Of a stretch of DNA of 64,000 bases, positions 49,330 through 64,000 are shown piece after piece. The notes under the pieces are model-generated. The model saw only the letters and a program-made list of their open reading frames with translations. It searched no databases and was not told the DNA's origin. The position numbers and the translations under genes were made by a program. Where the stretch lies: NCBI GenBank assembly GCA_038087875.1, contig JAXLNO010000424.1, positions 124,001 through 188,000 of the forward strand, given 5' to 3'. Every line of letters starts with the position of its first letter. Position 1 is the first letter of the stretch. Source of the stretch: Malacoraja senta (Eukaryota).

Positions 49330-50202
49330 GATAGATAGAGAAATAGAGAGATAGACAGAGAGTGAGAGACAGAGACAGAGAGACAGACAGGGATGGAGAA
49401 ATATGAGAGGCAGATAGAGAGACAGAGAGAGAGAGTGAGACAGAGAGTGAGAAAAAGACAGAAGATAGAGATAGGGAGAGAGATGGAGAGAGAGAGGGAC
49501 AGAGAGGGAGGGACAGAGAGTGAGACGGAGAGAGAGAGACGGTGAGAAAGACAGAGCGAGAGAGACAGAGAGACAGACAGAGAGAGGAACAGAGATAGAG
49601 AGAGACAGAGAGAGGGGCATAGAGAGGGGCAGAGAGAGATAGGAGAGAGGGAGGCACAGAGAGAGAGAGAAAATCAGAGAGAGAGAGAGATGCAGAGAGA
49701 GACAGAGGGAAACGGAGAGAGAGACAGAAAGAGAGATAGAGAGACAGAGAGAGAGTGGGAGAAAGAGAGAGAGAGACGGATAGAGAGAGAGAGAGACAAA
49801 TGGAGAGAGTGATACAGAGATGGAGAGAGAGACAGAGAGAGAGACAGAGAGAGACAGAGAGAGAGAGAGAAACAGAGAGAGACAGTCGGTGAGAGATGGA
49901 GTGAGACAGAGAGAGAGGCAGAAAGAGACAGTGGGGGAGAGAGAGACAGAGGGAGTTAGAGAGAGGGAGGCAGAGAGAGAGGGGGAGAGAGAAACAGAGA
50001 GAGACAGAGTGAGAGAGACAGAGAGAACCAGAGAGAGAAACACAGAGAGACATAGAGAGGGGCAGAGAGATAGAGAGAGAGATACAGTGAGAGAAACAGA
50101 GCAAGAGAGAGACAGAGAGAAATGGAGTGAGGGAGACAGAGACATAGACAGAGAGAGAGAGAAAGAGAGAGAGAGGGAGAGAGAGAGGGAGAGAGAGAGA
50201 GA

Positions 50203-50255
<53 letters not shown>

Positions 50256-50610
50256 GGAGAGGCAGAGAGTGACAGGCAGAGAGAGAGGGAGAGATGGGGA
50301 GATAGGGGGTGTGACAGAGAGAGAGAGAGTGTGTGAGAGAGAGACAGAGAGGCAGAAAGAGAGGGAGAAAGAGACATAGAGAGAGAAAGACACATGCAGA
50401 GGGAGAGACAGAGAGAGAGAGGAACAGAGAGAGGGACAGAGAGAGCGACAGAGAAAGCGAGAAAGAAAGAGAAGAGGGAGAAAGAGGGAGAACGAGAGGG
50501 AGAGTCAGAGAGAGGGACAGAGACAGAGAGAAACAGAGAGAGACAGAGAGGGGCAGAGAGAGAGAGAGGCAGAGAAAGAGAAAGAAAGACAGAGAGAGGG
50601 AGAGCCAGAC

Positions 50611-50683
<73 letters not shown>

Positions 50684-51074
50684 AAGAGAGAGAGACAGGC
50701 AGAGAGAGAGAGAAACGGAGAGAGCATGAGACAGAGAGAGATGGAGAGACGGAAAGAGAGAGGGACGGAAAGAGAGAGAGAGAGATAAAGAGAGAGAGAG
50801 AGTCAGTGAGAGGGAAAGATACAGAGAGAGATGCAGAAGGAGAGACAGTGGGAGAGAGAGAGTGAAAGAGAGAGAGACACAGAGGAAGAGAGAGAGGGCG
50901 AGACAGATATAGACACAGAGAGAGACATTGAGAGAGAGAGAGGGTGAGAGAGAGAAAAGGGGAGAGAGAGAGTGAGAGACAGAGAGAAAGAGAGAGAGAG
51001 TGGGGCAGAGAGAGAGGCAGGGTGAGGGAGAGAGAAAGAGAGAGAAAGAGAGGGAGACAGATAGAGAGAGACAA

Positions 51075-51105
<31 letters not shown>

Positions 51106-51417
51106 AGGAGCGAGAGAGAGAGGGAGAGACTGAGGTAGAGAGAGACAGAGAGAGAGGGAGTGATAGAGAGAGACAGTGTGAGAGAGAGACAGAGAGAGAC
51201 ACAGTGAGAGACAGACAGAAATAGACAGAAAGGGAGAGAGAGAAGCACAGAGAGAGGGAGACAGAGGGAGAGACAGAGAGAGAAAGAGGGAATGAGAGAG
51301 ACAGAGAAACAGAGAGAGAGAGAGAGACAGAGAAACAGAGATAGACATATACAATGACAGAGCGAGAGAGAAAGAGAGAGAGGGAGAAGGAAGATAGAGA
51401 CAGAAAGAGAGAGAGTG
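49123..51417. repeat. 2.3-kb AG/AGAC microsatellite tract
   Basis: Direct reading. Confidence 0.97.
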
Positions 51418-51474
51418 TTTAATGTTTAATGTATATATCAACGTTTAATGTATACTGTTTATACATATGTATAA

Positions 51475-53100
51475 TGTATATATCAGCGATTTGGCAGTAA
51501 AGCTGGACCAGAGCACAGCGCCGGGCCTCTGTCTTCTGGACGGAGAGGTAAAATCCCTGTTTTATGCGGATGACTTGGTTCTGCTGTCCCCCACAGAACA
51601 GGGACTGCGGCAACAGTTGGACCTACTTGATGAGTACTGCCAAAATTGGGCCCTGGCAGTAAATCTAAAGAAAATCAACATCATGAGTTTTCAGAAAAGA
51701 CCCAGATGTCAGGAAGATAAATACAAATTTACTCTCAATGGTATTATTATCGAACACACTATCAGCTATACTTACCTTGGTCTAACTGTTGCAGCATCAG
51801 GGAGCTTCAACATGGCAATAAATACACTAAAAGAGAAAGCTCGAAGAGCTCTGTATGCAATAAACAGAAGATTCTACAACATCCAAATTCCAATTAAAAG
51901 CTGGCTTAAAATATTTGACAGCGTAATCCAGCCTGTTGCGCTTTATGGTAGTGAAGTATGGGATCCGCTCAGTCACCATCGTTATAGTAAATGGGAAAAA
52001 CATACAACGGAGACCCTGCATGCGGAATTTTGTCGGAACATCCTCCACATCCAAAGGAAAACACCAACAAACGCATGTAGGGCGGAATTAGGCAGATACC
52101 CACTGATAATAAATATCCAGAAAAGAGCACTAAATTTTTGGAATCACCTTAAATCTAGCCCCGCAGATACCCTCCAGTTTAAAGCCCTTAAAACACAAGA
52201 GGGGAGCCCAGAAAAGAGTTCCCTGTGTCAGTTGCTACTGAGACTAACTACCCCTATTCAGTTAAACCCCATCCAGTTAAATCCTGACCAGCCTCAGATC
52301 AATACTGATCCCGAATCACCAGTTAGAGTGAACCAAATTATCAAACAATGTAAAGAAACGTATTTGGAACATTGGGATAAAGAAACCAAAAGCCAAAGCA
52401 GATTAGAATGATACCGTGCCCTAAAAAGAGATTATAAATTGGCAGACTATCTCTCAACTGTTAGAGACATAAAGCAGAGACAGACCCTCACCAAATACAG
52501 GCTAAGTGACCACTATTTGGCAGTTGAAAAAGGAAGACAGAAGAGATTCTGGCAACCAAGATAAAGCAGAATATGCGGCCACTGTTTGACAGATGAGGTT
52601 GAAACAGAGGTGCACTTCCTCCTAAAATGTAAAAAAATTGACAAAACAAGGAAAACATACTTTGACAAACTCAGGCTGGCAACCCCTGATTTTAAAGAAC
52701 TAGATGATACATCAAAACTAAGAATAATCCTTGGTGAAGGAAGTACGGCACATCTTGGTGCACAATACGTAACAGCATGCCATAACCTGAGAGACGGTGA
52801 ATGACCAATATGCACATATGTACGCACACACTAATTGACATTAACTGACACTAAGAAATTAATATTGAATTGCTAAACTTGCTATTCTGTTGTACTGCTT
52901 ACAGCTGCAAGAACGTGTAGTAATCAATAAAGGGCTATAGGACTATTGCGAGTTTATGTACAGGGACATATCTATCCATGCACTATACTTGTATTTATAC
53001 TTATGCATTTGAAATTTGTATGTCACGTTTTATACTTTGGCAATATAACAATGTTTTTTTTAAATCATGCCAATGAAGTTTTTAAATTGAAATTGAAAAT
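51475..53100 (+). mobile_element. RTE-X-like LINE 3' half
   Basis: SLFYADDLVLLS, YTYLGL, ACRAELGRYPL, ETEVHFLLKC; (TTGAAA)n tail. Confidence 0.8.
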
Positions 53101-53568
53101 TGAGAGAGACAGAGAGTGAGACAGAAAGGGATACAGAGAGAGAGAGAGAGACAGAGAGAGACAGCGAGAGAGAGACAGAGAGAGAGACAGAGAGAGACAG
53201 AGAGAGACAGAGAGAGACAGAGAGAGACAGAGAGAGACAGAGACAGGGAGACAGAGAGAGACAGAGAGAGACAGAGAGAGACAGAGGGAGACAGAGGGAG
53301 AGACAGAGGGAGAGAGAGAGACAGAGAGATAGACAGAGAGAGTCAGAGAGAGAGAGACAGAGAGAGAGACACAGAGAGAGACAGAGAGAGAGACAGAGAG
53401 AGATGCAGAGATGGAGAGAGACAGAGAAAGAGATACAGAGACAGAGAGAGACAGGGAGAGAAACAGAGAGACACATAGGGAGAGACAGAGAGGGGAAAGA
53501 GACACAGGGAGAGAGAGAGAGTGAGAGAGAGAGATGCAGAGAGAGGGAGAGAGAGGGACGGACAGAGA

Positions 53569-53618
<50 letters not shown>

Positions 53619-53743
53619 GAGAGAAACAGAGAGAGAGAGAGACAGAGAGACGGAGAGAGACAGGGAGAGAGGGAAGGCGACAGAGAGACAGTGAGAGAGA
53701 AAAAGACAGAGAGAGACAGAGAGAGAGAGACAGAGAGAGAGAG

Positions 53744-53815
<72 letters not shown>

Positions 53816-53950
53816 GATAGAGAGAGGGAGAAAGACAGTTACAGAGAGAGAGAGATGAGAGGGACAGAGAGAGGGAGAGACAGACAAAGAGAAAGAGAGA
53901 GAGAGACAGAAAAAGAGAGAGACAGACAGAGGGTGACAGAGAGAGAGAGA
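53101..53950. repeat. AG/AGAC microsatellite
   Basis: Direct reading. Confidence 0.95.
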
Positions 53951-54026
53951 GTGCTGGAGTAACTCAACGGGTCAGGCAGCATCTGTGGAGAGAAGGAATG
54001 GGTGACATTTTGGGTCGAGACCCTTC

Positions 54027-54338
54027 TTTAGTTTAGTTTAGAGATGCAGCACGGAAACAGGTCTTTCTGCCCATGGACTCTGCGCCGACCAGCGATCACC
54101 CCGTACACTAGCACTATCCTACGCACATCAGGGACAATTTAACAAGTTTGCGGAGGCCGATTAATCTACAACCATGAACGTCTTTGAAATGTTGGAGGAA
54201 ACCGGAGCACCCGGAGGAAAAACTCACGCAGGTCAAGGGGAGAATGTTCAAACTCCGCACAGACAGCACCCATAGTCAGGATCGAGCCCGGGTCTCTGGC
54301 GGTGAGGCAGCAACTGTACCGCTGCGCCACTGTGCCGC
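54027..54338 (-). mobile_element. HE1-like V-SINE; paralogue of 11861-12175
   Basis: TGGCGCAGCGG A box, B box, V-domain. Confidence 0.85.
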
Positions 54339-54573
54339 GCAGAATTATATAACGGTTTCCTCCGCCATAAACGCACCCAATATGTGCTAGTAATGTCCTG
54401 TTTGCCAGCTTGTTGACCCTCTGTGTTTCCCTCCTGCAGGGATTAGGAGCTGTTGCTGTGGACAGAGAGACGGGGACGTGAGCGGCTATTGCGGGCGGCC
54501 TGGGTGCCGGTGAGCCCCCCCCCCCTCCCAAACTGCTCGGTGTGTGGGCTGAGCTTCAAGGGGCTGAGCTTCG

Positions 54574-55464
54574 ATGGAGGACCTCATGCGGGGGCACAAC
54601 AAGGAGAATCGTTATGAGTGTGACGTGTGTGGCAAGGCCTGGCAGAGGCCGAGCAAGCTGGAGATCCACCGGCGGGTTCACACGGTAGAACGCCCCTTCG
54701 ACTGCTCGGAGTGCGGAAAGAGCTTCAAGTCGTCAAAGGAACTGAAGGTGCACAGGCGCCTGCGCACCGGGGAACGACCCTACACCTGCAGCGACTGCGG
54801 CAAGTGCTTCACCCAGTCCGGTCACCTGCTGTCCCACCAGCGCTCCCACACTGGTGAGCGCCCCTACACCTGCGCCCAGTGCGGCAAGGGCTTCACCCAG
54901 TCCAGCTACCTGCTGTTCCACCAGCGCACCCACACCGGCGAGCGTCCGTACACCTGCACCCAGTGCGGCAAGGGCTTCACCCGCTCCAGCACCCTGCTGG
55001 AGCATCAGCGCACCCACACCGGCGAGCGTCCCTACACCTGCACCCAGTGCGGCAAGGGCTTCACCCTCTCCAGCATCCTGCATTCCCACCAGCGCACACA
55101 CACCGGTGAGCGCCCCTACACCTGTACCCAGTGCGGCAAGGGCTTCACCCAGTCCGGTCACATGCTGTCCCACCAGACCACCCACACCAGCAAGCGCCCC
55201 TACACCTGCACCCGGTGCGGCAAGGGCTTCACCCGCTCCACATATCTGCTGTCCCACCAGCAGGTGCACGCCGACGACTGTCCGGTCCCCAGCCCGGTGT
55301 GTGGAGAGCGCTTTACCATGGCCTCCCACGCCCTGTCTCACCAGCACGTGCACAAAAGTGGCCAGCCCTACAACTGCCCGTACTGCGGTGAGGAGTTTGA
55401 CAGCTCGCGGGGGTTGCGGCAGCACCGGCGGGCCCACGCCGGCGAGCAGCTGCTCCCACTGTGA
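54574..55464 (+). CDS. C2H2 zinc-finger protein copy C (10 finger units)
   Basis: TGERP-linked fingers; acceptor at 54439; exactly 84 aa (3 fingers) shorter than copy A. Confidence 0.85.
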   Translation: MEDLMRGHNKENRYECDVCGKAWQRPSKLEIHRRVHTVERPFDCSECGKSFKSSKELKVHRRLRTGERPYTCSDCGKCFTQSGHLLSHQRSHTGERPYTCAQCGKGFTQSSYLLFHQRTHTGERPYTCTQCGKGFTRSSTLLEHQRTHTGERPYTCTQCGKGFTLSSILHSHQRTHTGERPYTCTQCGKGFTQSGHMLSHQTTHTSKRPYTCTRCGKGFTRSTYLLSHQQVHADDCPVPSPVCGERFTMASHALSHQHVHKSGQPYNCPYCGEEFDSSRGLRQHRRAHAGEQLLPL

Positions 55465-57079
55465 CAAGAGAGTATGGGGGCTGCGGGAGCACCAGCGGAT
55501 ACACACCGGAGAGACACCCTTTGTGTGCGCTGAGTGTGGCAAGGGTTTCACCCAAATGGCGTACCCACAGCGGTGAGCGTCCCTTCCCCTGCCCGTCCTG
55601 TGGAAAGGGCTTCACCCGCCTTGACCACCTGCTGGAGCACCGGCGAGTCCACACCGGCCAGCGCCCCCTCACCTACCTGCTCTGTGGCAAGGCCTTTGCC
55701 CGCACCTCCAGCCTGCTGGCACACCGTTGCTTTTAAATTTGCTGAAAAACAGAAAGCAATCAAATTTAAAAGAGATTTTCCCAGCAGAATAAAGTTATGG
55801 AAATCTTAAAAGCTTGGTTTGTACTAATCATTGAAACAATGTATTGACAATGTATTAACATAGAGATGTATTGTCTTGGCATAGCACCATAGAAACATAG
55901 AAACATAGAAAATGGGTGCAGGAGTAGGCTATTCGGCACTTCGATGGCTGATCATCCAACTCAGTATCCTGTACCTGCCTTCTCTCCATACCCCCTGATC
56001 CCTTTAGCCACAAGGGCCACATCTAACCCCCCCCTTTAAATATAGCCAATGAACTGGCCTCAACTACATTCTATGGCAGAGAATTCCAGAGATTCACCAC
56101 TCTCTGTGTAAAAATGTTTTTCTCATCTCAGTCCTAAAAGATTTCCCCTTTATCCTTAAACTGTGACCCCTTGTTCTGGACTCCCCCAACATCGGGACCA
56201 ATCTTCCTGCATTAGCCTGTCCAACCCTTAAGAATTTTGTAAGTTTCTATAAGATCCCCCCTCAGTCTTCTAAATTCCAGCGAGTACAAGCCGAGTCTAT
56301 CCAGTCTTTACTCATATGAAAGTCCTGACATACCAGGAATCCAGTCTGGTGAACCTTCTCTGTACTCCCTCTATGGCAAGAATGTCCTTCCTCAGATTAG
56401 ATATGTGTCTGAACTGCCTGTCCAGCTAAATGACAAGGTAGTGGCTTTTATCCAAGTCTTACAAGCTTGTTTTTAGTTCAGACGGATGCCCATTCTGGAA
56501 CCAAGATGGAAGTCATTTGAAAACAAAATGGAGTTAGTTGTCCTTCCGGGATTGGCAGGCAGCTGTACTGAAGCTCTGCCAAGATTTGAGAATAAGGCTG
56601 ATATTGCAAATATATGGGACCAGCCTCCCTTGTTTCCCTTAGGGCTACAGATCTTTCACTCAGATTTAGAAGGTGTGTTTAATTGATAAGAAAATGTATA
56701 ATTACACAAACATTCCTTTGTTCTTTGAGTGGAGCCCGAGAAGCACTGAGCAACGTGTGTGCTCTTTGCAGATCTCGCCACTCCCCTCTGGCAAATTGAT
56801 TAAAATATTGCTTTGGTTTACCTTTAACAATTTTGTTGCTGTCTGCTTTCTTTAAGGGACGAACTTTGAAAACTGTGCTCTTCAGAGTTCAGGTTGTACT
56901 ATCAGTAATGAAAGAAAATGCCAACCATCTCCAGAAATGATAAGAAATTATTCCCGCCTCCATGCATATTTGTCGCCACAGGGCAGTCGGACACCTCCCC
57001 ACTACCTCAAAGATAGTTCCTGCACTTGGCAATATCGTTTGGTGTTTTGGCGGCAGCAGGGCGACAGGGAGCCCGGCAC

Positions 57080-57437
57080 CCGGGTGAATCACCCCATTGT
57101 GGGGGTCCGGGGGTGTGAATCACCCCACTGTGGGTGTCCGGGTTTGGGGGGGGTGAATCACCCCATTGTGGGGGTCCGGGGGGGTTGGGGGTGATTCACC
57201 CCATAGTGTGGGTCGGGGGGGGGGGTTTAATCACTCCAGTGTGTGGGTCGGGGGAGGCGGTTGAATCACCACTGTGTGGGGGTTCGGGGGGGTGGGTGAA
57301 TCACCACGGTGTGTGGGTCGGGGTGTGAATCACCACGGTGTGTGGATCGGGGGGGGGGGGGTGAATCACCACTGTGTGAGGTTCGGGGGGGGGGGGGTGA
57401 ATCACTCGGTGTGTGGGTCGGGGGGGTGAATCACCCT
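57080..57437. repeat. ~30-bp G-rich tandem repeat with palindromic core GGTGAATCACC (about 12 units; about 4 at 15199-15312)
   Basis: Direct reading. Confidence 0.85.
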
Positions 57438-57592
57438 GGTAGGGGAGTCGTGGTGCCGGTGCAGCTTGGTCAGTGACTCTGGGTGGGTGGAGGGACCAGA
57501 CTGTTACCAACTCTGCTGCAGCTGACGGGGATGTTGCCGGGTTTATGGCCCCGTGTGTCCGCTGGCCGGAGCCGCGGCCCCGCTCCTCCCGG

Positions 57593-57818
<226 letters not shown>

Positions 57819-58597
57819 TTTGTTGTTGTTTTTTTTGTTTGTGTTTTTGTGTTTGCGTTTGCTCTGCCGGCCCACAGCCCGTGACAGTGCGGTGGGAGCC
57901 AGGCCAGCTTGGGGGAGGGAAGGTGGGTGGGAGAGGTAGCCAGCTTGGGGGAGTAAGGGGAAATGGGAGCCAAGCCAGCTTGGGGAGTCAGGGGGATGGG
58001 ACACACGTCAATAAACTCTCTTGAATCTTGAATAAACCCAGTCTGGGGTAAAATTGAGGTAAATAATGTTATAAACATACAGGGGAGCTAATTAAACCCG
58101 GTCTGGGGTAAAACTGGGGTAAATAATGTTATAAACACACAGGGGAGCTAATTAAACCCGGTCTGGGGGTAAAACTGGGGTAAATAATGTCCTAAACACA
58201 CACGGGAGCGGAATAAACTGGCTGTGGAGTCGTTCCCAAAACATCCGACCCCGACCCCTCGGTAAAATAATTCTAAATCTGCTGTGATGACATTACACAA
58301 GTTGCCATTTCATAAGAACCACATGAATCCTGAGGCTGCCTTTTAAACCCATGTCCGTAAAGTTTTGAGTCTAACGGTTGTATCTGTGCTAATGTGGGTT
58401 TTTTTTAATGTTTATTCTTGAAATAAAACCATAATTCATTATGCTAAAAGAAAACTAAATGGCAGAAAGGACCATGACAAAATTAAAGTTCCATTGAATT
58501 AAGTAAAAATTATAAAAGCATTACTCCAAAATGTATTAAACTAAGGCCACAGGTATAAGGTAAATGGCTAAATTATGACAAAAACCCCCATCATGTG

Positions 58598-59320
58598 CAT
58601 AGAAACCATAGAAAATAGGTGCAGGAGGAGGCCATTCGGCCTTCGAGCCAGCACCGCCATTCATTGTGATCATGGCTGATCGTCCCCAATCAATAACCCG
58701 TGCCTGTCTTCTCCACATATCCCTTGATTCCACTGGCCCCTAGAGCTCTATCTAACTCTCTCTTAAATCCATCCAGTGATTTGGCCTCCACTGCCCTCTG
58801 TGGCAGGGAATTCCATAAATTCACAACTCTCTAGGTGAAAACTTTTTTTCTCACCTCAGTCTTAAATGACCTCCCCTTTATTCTAAGACTGTGGCCCCTG
58901 GTTCTGGACTCGTCCAACATTGGGAACATGTTTCCTGCATTTAGCTTGTCCAGTCCTTTTATAATTTTATATGTTTCCATAAGATGCCCCCTCATCCTTC
59001 AAAACTCCAGTGAATACAAGCCTAGTCTTTTCAATCTTTCCTCATATGACAGTCCCGCCATCCCAGGGATCAATCTCGTGAACCTACGCTGCACTGCCTG
59101 AATCACAAGGATGTCCTTCCTCAAATTAGGAGACCAAAACTGTACACAATACTCCAGATGTGGTCTCACCAGAGCCCTATACAACTGCAGAAGAACCTCT
59201 TTACTCCTATACTGAAATCCTCTCGTTATGAAGGCCAACATTCCATTAGCTTTCTTCACTGCCTGCTGTACCTGCACGCCAACTTTCAGTGACCGGTGTA
59301 CAAGGACACCCAGGTCTCGC
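58598..59320 (-). mobile_element. CR1 3' part
   Basis: QQAVKKANGMLAFITRG..LVRPHLEYC. Confidence 0.92.
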
Positions 59321-59338
59321 AGAGAGAGAGAGAGAGAG

Positions 59339-61744
<2,406 letters not shown>

Positions 61745-61944
61745 NNNNNNNNNNNNNNNNNNNNNNNNNNNNNNNNNNNNNNNNNNNNNNNNNNNNNNNN
61801 NNNNNNNNNNNNNNNNNNNNNNNNNNNNNNNNNNNNNNNNNNNNNNNNNNNNNNNNNNNNNNNNNNNNNNNNNNNNNNNNNNNNNNNNNNNNNNNNNNNN
61901 NNNNNNNNNNNNNNNNNNNNNNNNNNNNNNNNNNNNNNNNNNNN
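61745..61944. other. Assembly gap, 200 N
   Basis: Run of N. Confidence 1.
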
Positions 61945-62345
61945 CTGATTTATAAAGGCCAGCACACCAAAAGCTTTCTTTACCACCCTATCTACATGAG
62001 ATTCCACCTTCAGGGAACTATGCAGTTATTCCTAGATCCCTCTGTTCAACTGCATTCCTCAATTCGCTACCATTTACCGTGTACGTCCTATTTTGATTTG
62101 TCCTGATTTGTCCCATCAGTCTATCCAACACCATTTCCTGCCTAATGTGGATTTCCTTGAGTTCCTCCGTCACCCCAGATCCTCTGGCCACTAGTACATC
62201 AGGAAGATTGTTTGTGTCCTCCTTAGTGAAGATGGATCGAAAGTACCTGTTTAACTCATCTGCCATTTCCTTGTTCCCCATAATAAATTCACCTTTTTCA
62301 GTCTTCAAGAGTCCAACTTTGGTCTTAACTAATGTTTTCCTCTTC
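61945..62345 (-). mobile_element. Two joined CR1 fragments
   Basis: VDRVVKKAFGVLAFI; GNKEMADELNRYF. Confidence 0.8.
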
Positions 62346-63604
62346 ACGTACGTAAAGAAGGAACAGCAGATGCCGGTTTACAAAGAGAGACAATCTCCTG
62401 GAGTAACTTGCACATCTGGAGAGCATGGACAGGCACCATTCTAGGTCAGGACCCTTCTTCAGACTGCTTGGTGTGGGGGGTGGAGAAAGTTGGAAAGGAT
62501 AGGAGGGAGTGGTCGCCTTAGATTCCCTTCCCTCTACAGATGCAGCCTGACCTACTGAGTTCCTCCACTGCTTTAGAGGGAAATGACAGATGATGTTTTG
62601 AGTCAGGACCCTTCTTCAGGCTAAGTGGAGACGGTGGGGGGAGGAAGCTGAAAAAGAGAGATGGGGGCTGGACAAAGCCTGGCAAGTGACAGGTGGACAC
62701 AAAATCCTGGAGTAACTCACCGGGACAGGCAGCATCTCTAGAGAGAAGGAATGGGTGATGTTTCAGGTTGAGACCCTTCTTCAGAAGTGATAGGTGGATA
62801 TAGGTGAGGGAGACACAAGATACTGCAGATGCTGGAATCTTGCATAGAACACAATTTAGTTAGATGCACAGAATCTCTTGCACAGAGTGGGGGGATCGAG
62901 GACCAGAGGACATGAGTTCAAGGTGAAGGGGAAAAGATTTAAAAGGAAACTGAGGGGTAACTTGTTCACACAGAGGGTGGTGGCAGTATGGAACAAACTG
63001 TCGGAGGAGGCAGTTGAGGCTGTGACTATCCCAAGAAACAGTTAGACAGTTACATGGACAGGACAAGTTTGGAAGGATATGGACCAAACACAGGCAGGTG
63101 GGTCTAGTGTAGCTGGGACATGTTAGTCGGTGTGGACAAGTTGGGCCGAAGGGCCTGTTTCCGCACTGTATCACTTTATGACTAACACAGAGTGCTGGAG
63201 TAACTCAGCGGGTCAGGCAGCATCTGTGGAGAACATGGATAGGTGACATTCACAGAGTGCTGGAGTAACTCAGCGGGACAGGCAGCATCTCTGGAGAACA
63301 TGGATAGGTGACATTTCAGAGTGCTGGAGTAACTCAGCGGGACAGGCAGCATCTCTGGAGACAAGGAATGGGTGATGTTTCAGGTCGACACTGAAGATGG
63401 GTCTCGACCCTCAAACGTTACCCATTCCTCCCAGCATTTTGTGTCTACCTAAACAGCCCCTATCTATCCACGTGGCGGTGTGCCAGCAGGCTGGAGGAGC
63501 GGGCAAAGATCTTGCTGCAGAGCAGGCAGGTGAAGGGGCGCTGGCCGGTGTGGACACGTCGGTGCTCCAGCAGGTGGTCAAGGCGGCTGAAACCCTTGCC
63601 AAAC

Positions 63605-64000
63605 TCAGCGCACACATAAGGTCTCTCTCCGGTGTGTAACCGCTGGTGCTCCCGCAGCCCCCGTGCTCTCTTGTCGCAGTGGGAGAAGCTGCTCGCCGGC
63701 GTGGGTCCGCCGGTGCTGCCGCAACCCCCGCGAGCTGTCAAAGTCCTCACCGCAGTACAGGCAGTCGTAGGGCTGGCCACTGGTGTGCACGCACTGGTGA
63801 GACAGGGCGTGGGAGGCCATGGTAAAGCGCTCTCCACACACCGGGCTGGGGACGGGACGGTCGCCGGTGTGCACCCGCTGGTGGCACAGCAGTCTGGTGG
63901 AGCTGGCGAAGCCCTTGCCGCATTGGGCGCAGGTGGATGGGTGCTCGCCGGTGTGGGTGCGCTGGTGGGACCGCAGGCTGCTGGAGCGGGTGAAACCCTT
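63605..64000 (-). CDS. C2H2 zinc-finger copy D, 3' end (continues beyond the window)
   Basis: [46 protein letters not shown]; paralogue of copy B. Confidence 0.75.
   Translation of the reverse strand, partial: KGFTRSSSLRSHQRTHTGEHPSTCAQCGKGFASSTRLLCHQRVHTGDRPVPSPVCGERFTMASHALSHQCVHTSGQPYDCLYCGEDFDSSRGLRQHRRTHAGEQLLPLRQESTGAAGAPAVTHRRETLCVR

Noticed and set aside
49054..51441. Long Ser/Leu- and Arg/Glu-rich ORFs (also at 2.3, 3.3, 6.5, 10.7, 53 and 59-61 kb)
   Set aside because: Translations of AG/CT microsatellites

Overview
Repeat-saturated vertebrate DNA, most likely from a cartilaginous fish (shark, skate or ray). This is inferred from HE1-type V-SINEs, dense CR1 LINEs and Penelope termini. 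Main content: (1) a cluster of four paralogous C2H2 zinc-finger genes or pseudogenes (+12.4 kb, -35.5 kb, +54.6 kb, -64 kb partial) with no KRAB domain in the finger exon, spread by a mosaic of direct and inverted segmental duplications and sharing the same frameshifts at the ends of the finger array; (2) a multi-exon minus-strand gene missed by the ORF track (about 43.0-48.1 kb) encoding a type I membrane immune-type receptor, with a decayed Ig-like exon, a TM exon carrying one stop, and four in-phase cytoplasmic exons with ITSM/ITIM-like tyrosine motifs (CD2/SLAM-like); (3) Penelope-like element fragments and many derived termini carrying minimal hammerhead-ribozyme-like motifs; (4) other mobile elements: CR1, Rex1/Babar, RTE-X, L1 with TSD, L2 tails, Vingi-like, Hero-like, a hAT-like element with a 5-bp TSD, and a possible Helitron end; (5) a tRNA-Leu-derived foldback, minisatellites, very long AG/CT and G-rich tracts, YY1/CRE-rich CpG islands and a 200-N assembly gap. 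Most long ORFs in the supplied track are microsatellite or antisense artefacts. Family assignments come from recognising motifs by eye, not from database searches, and many boundaries are approximate.
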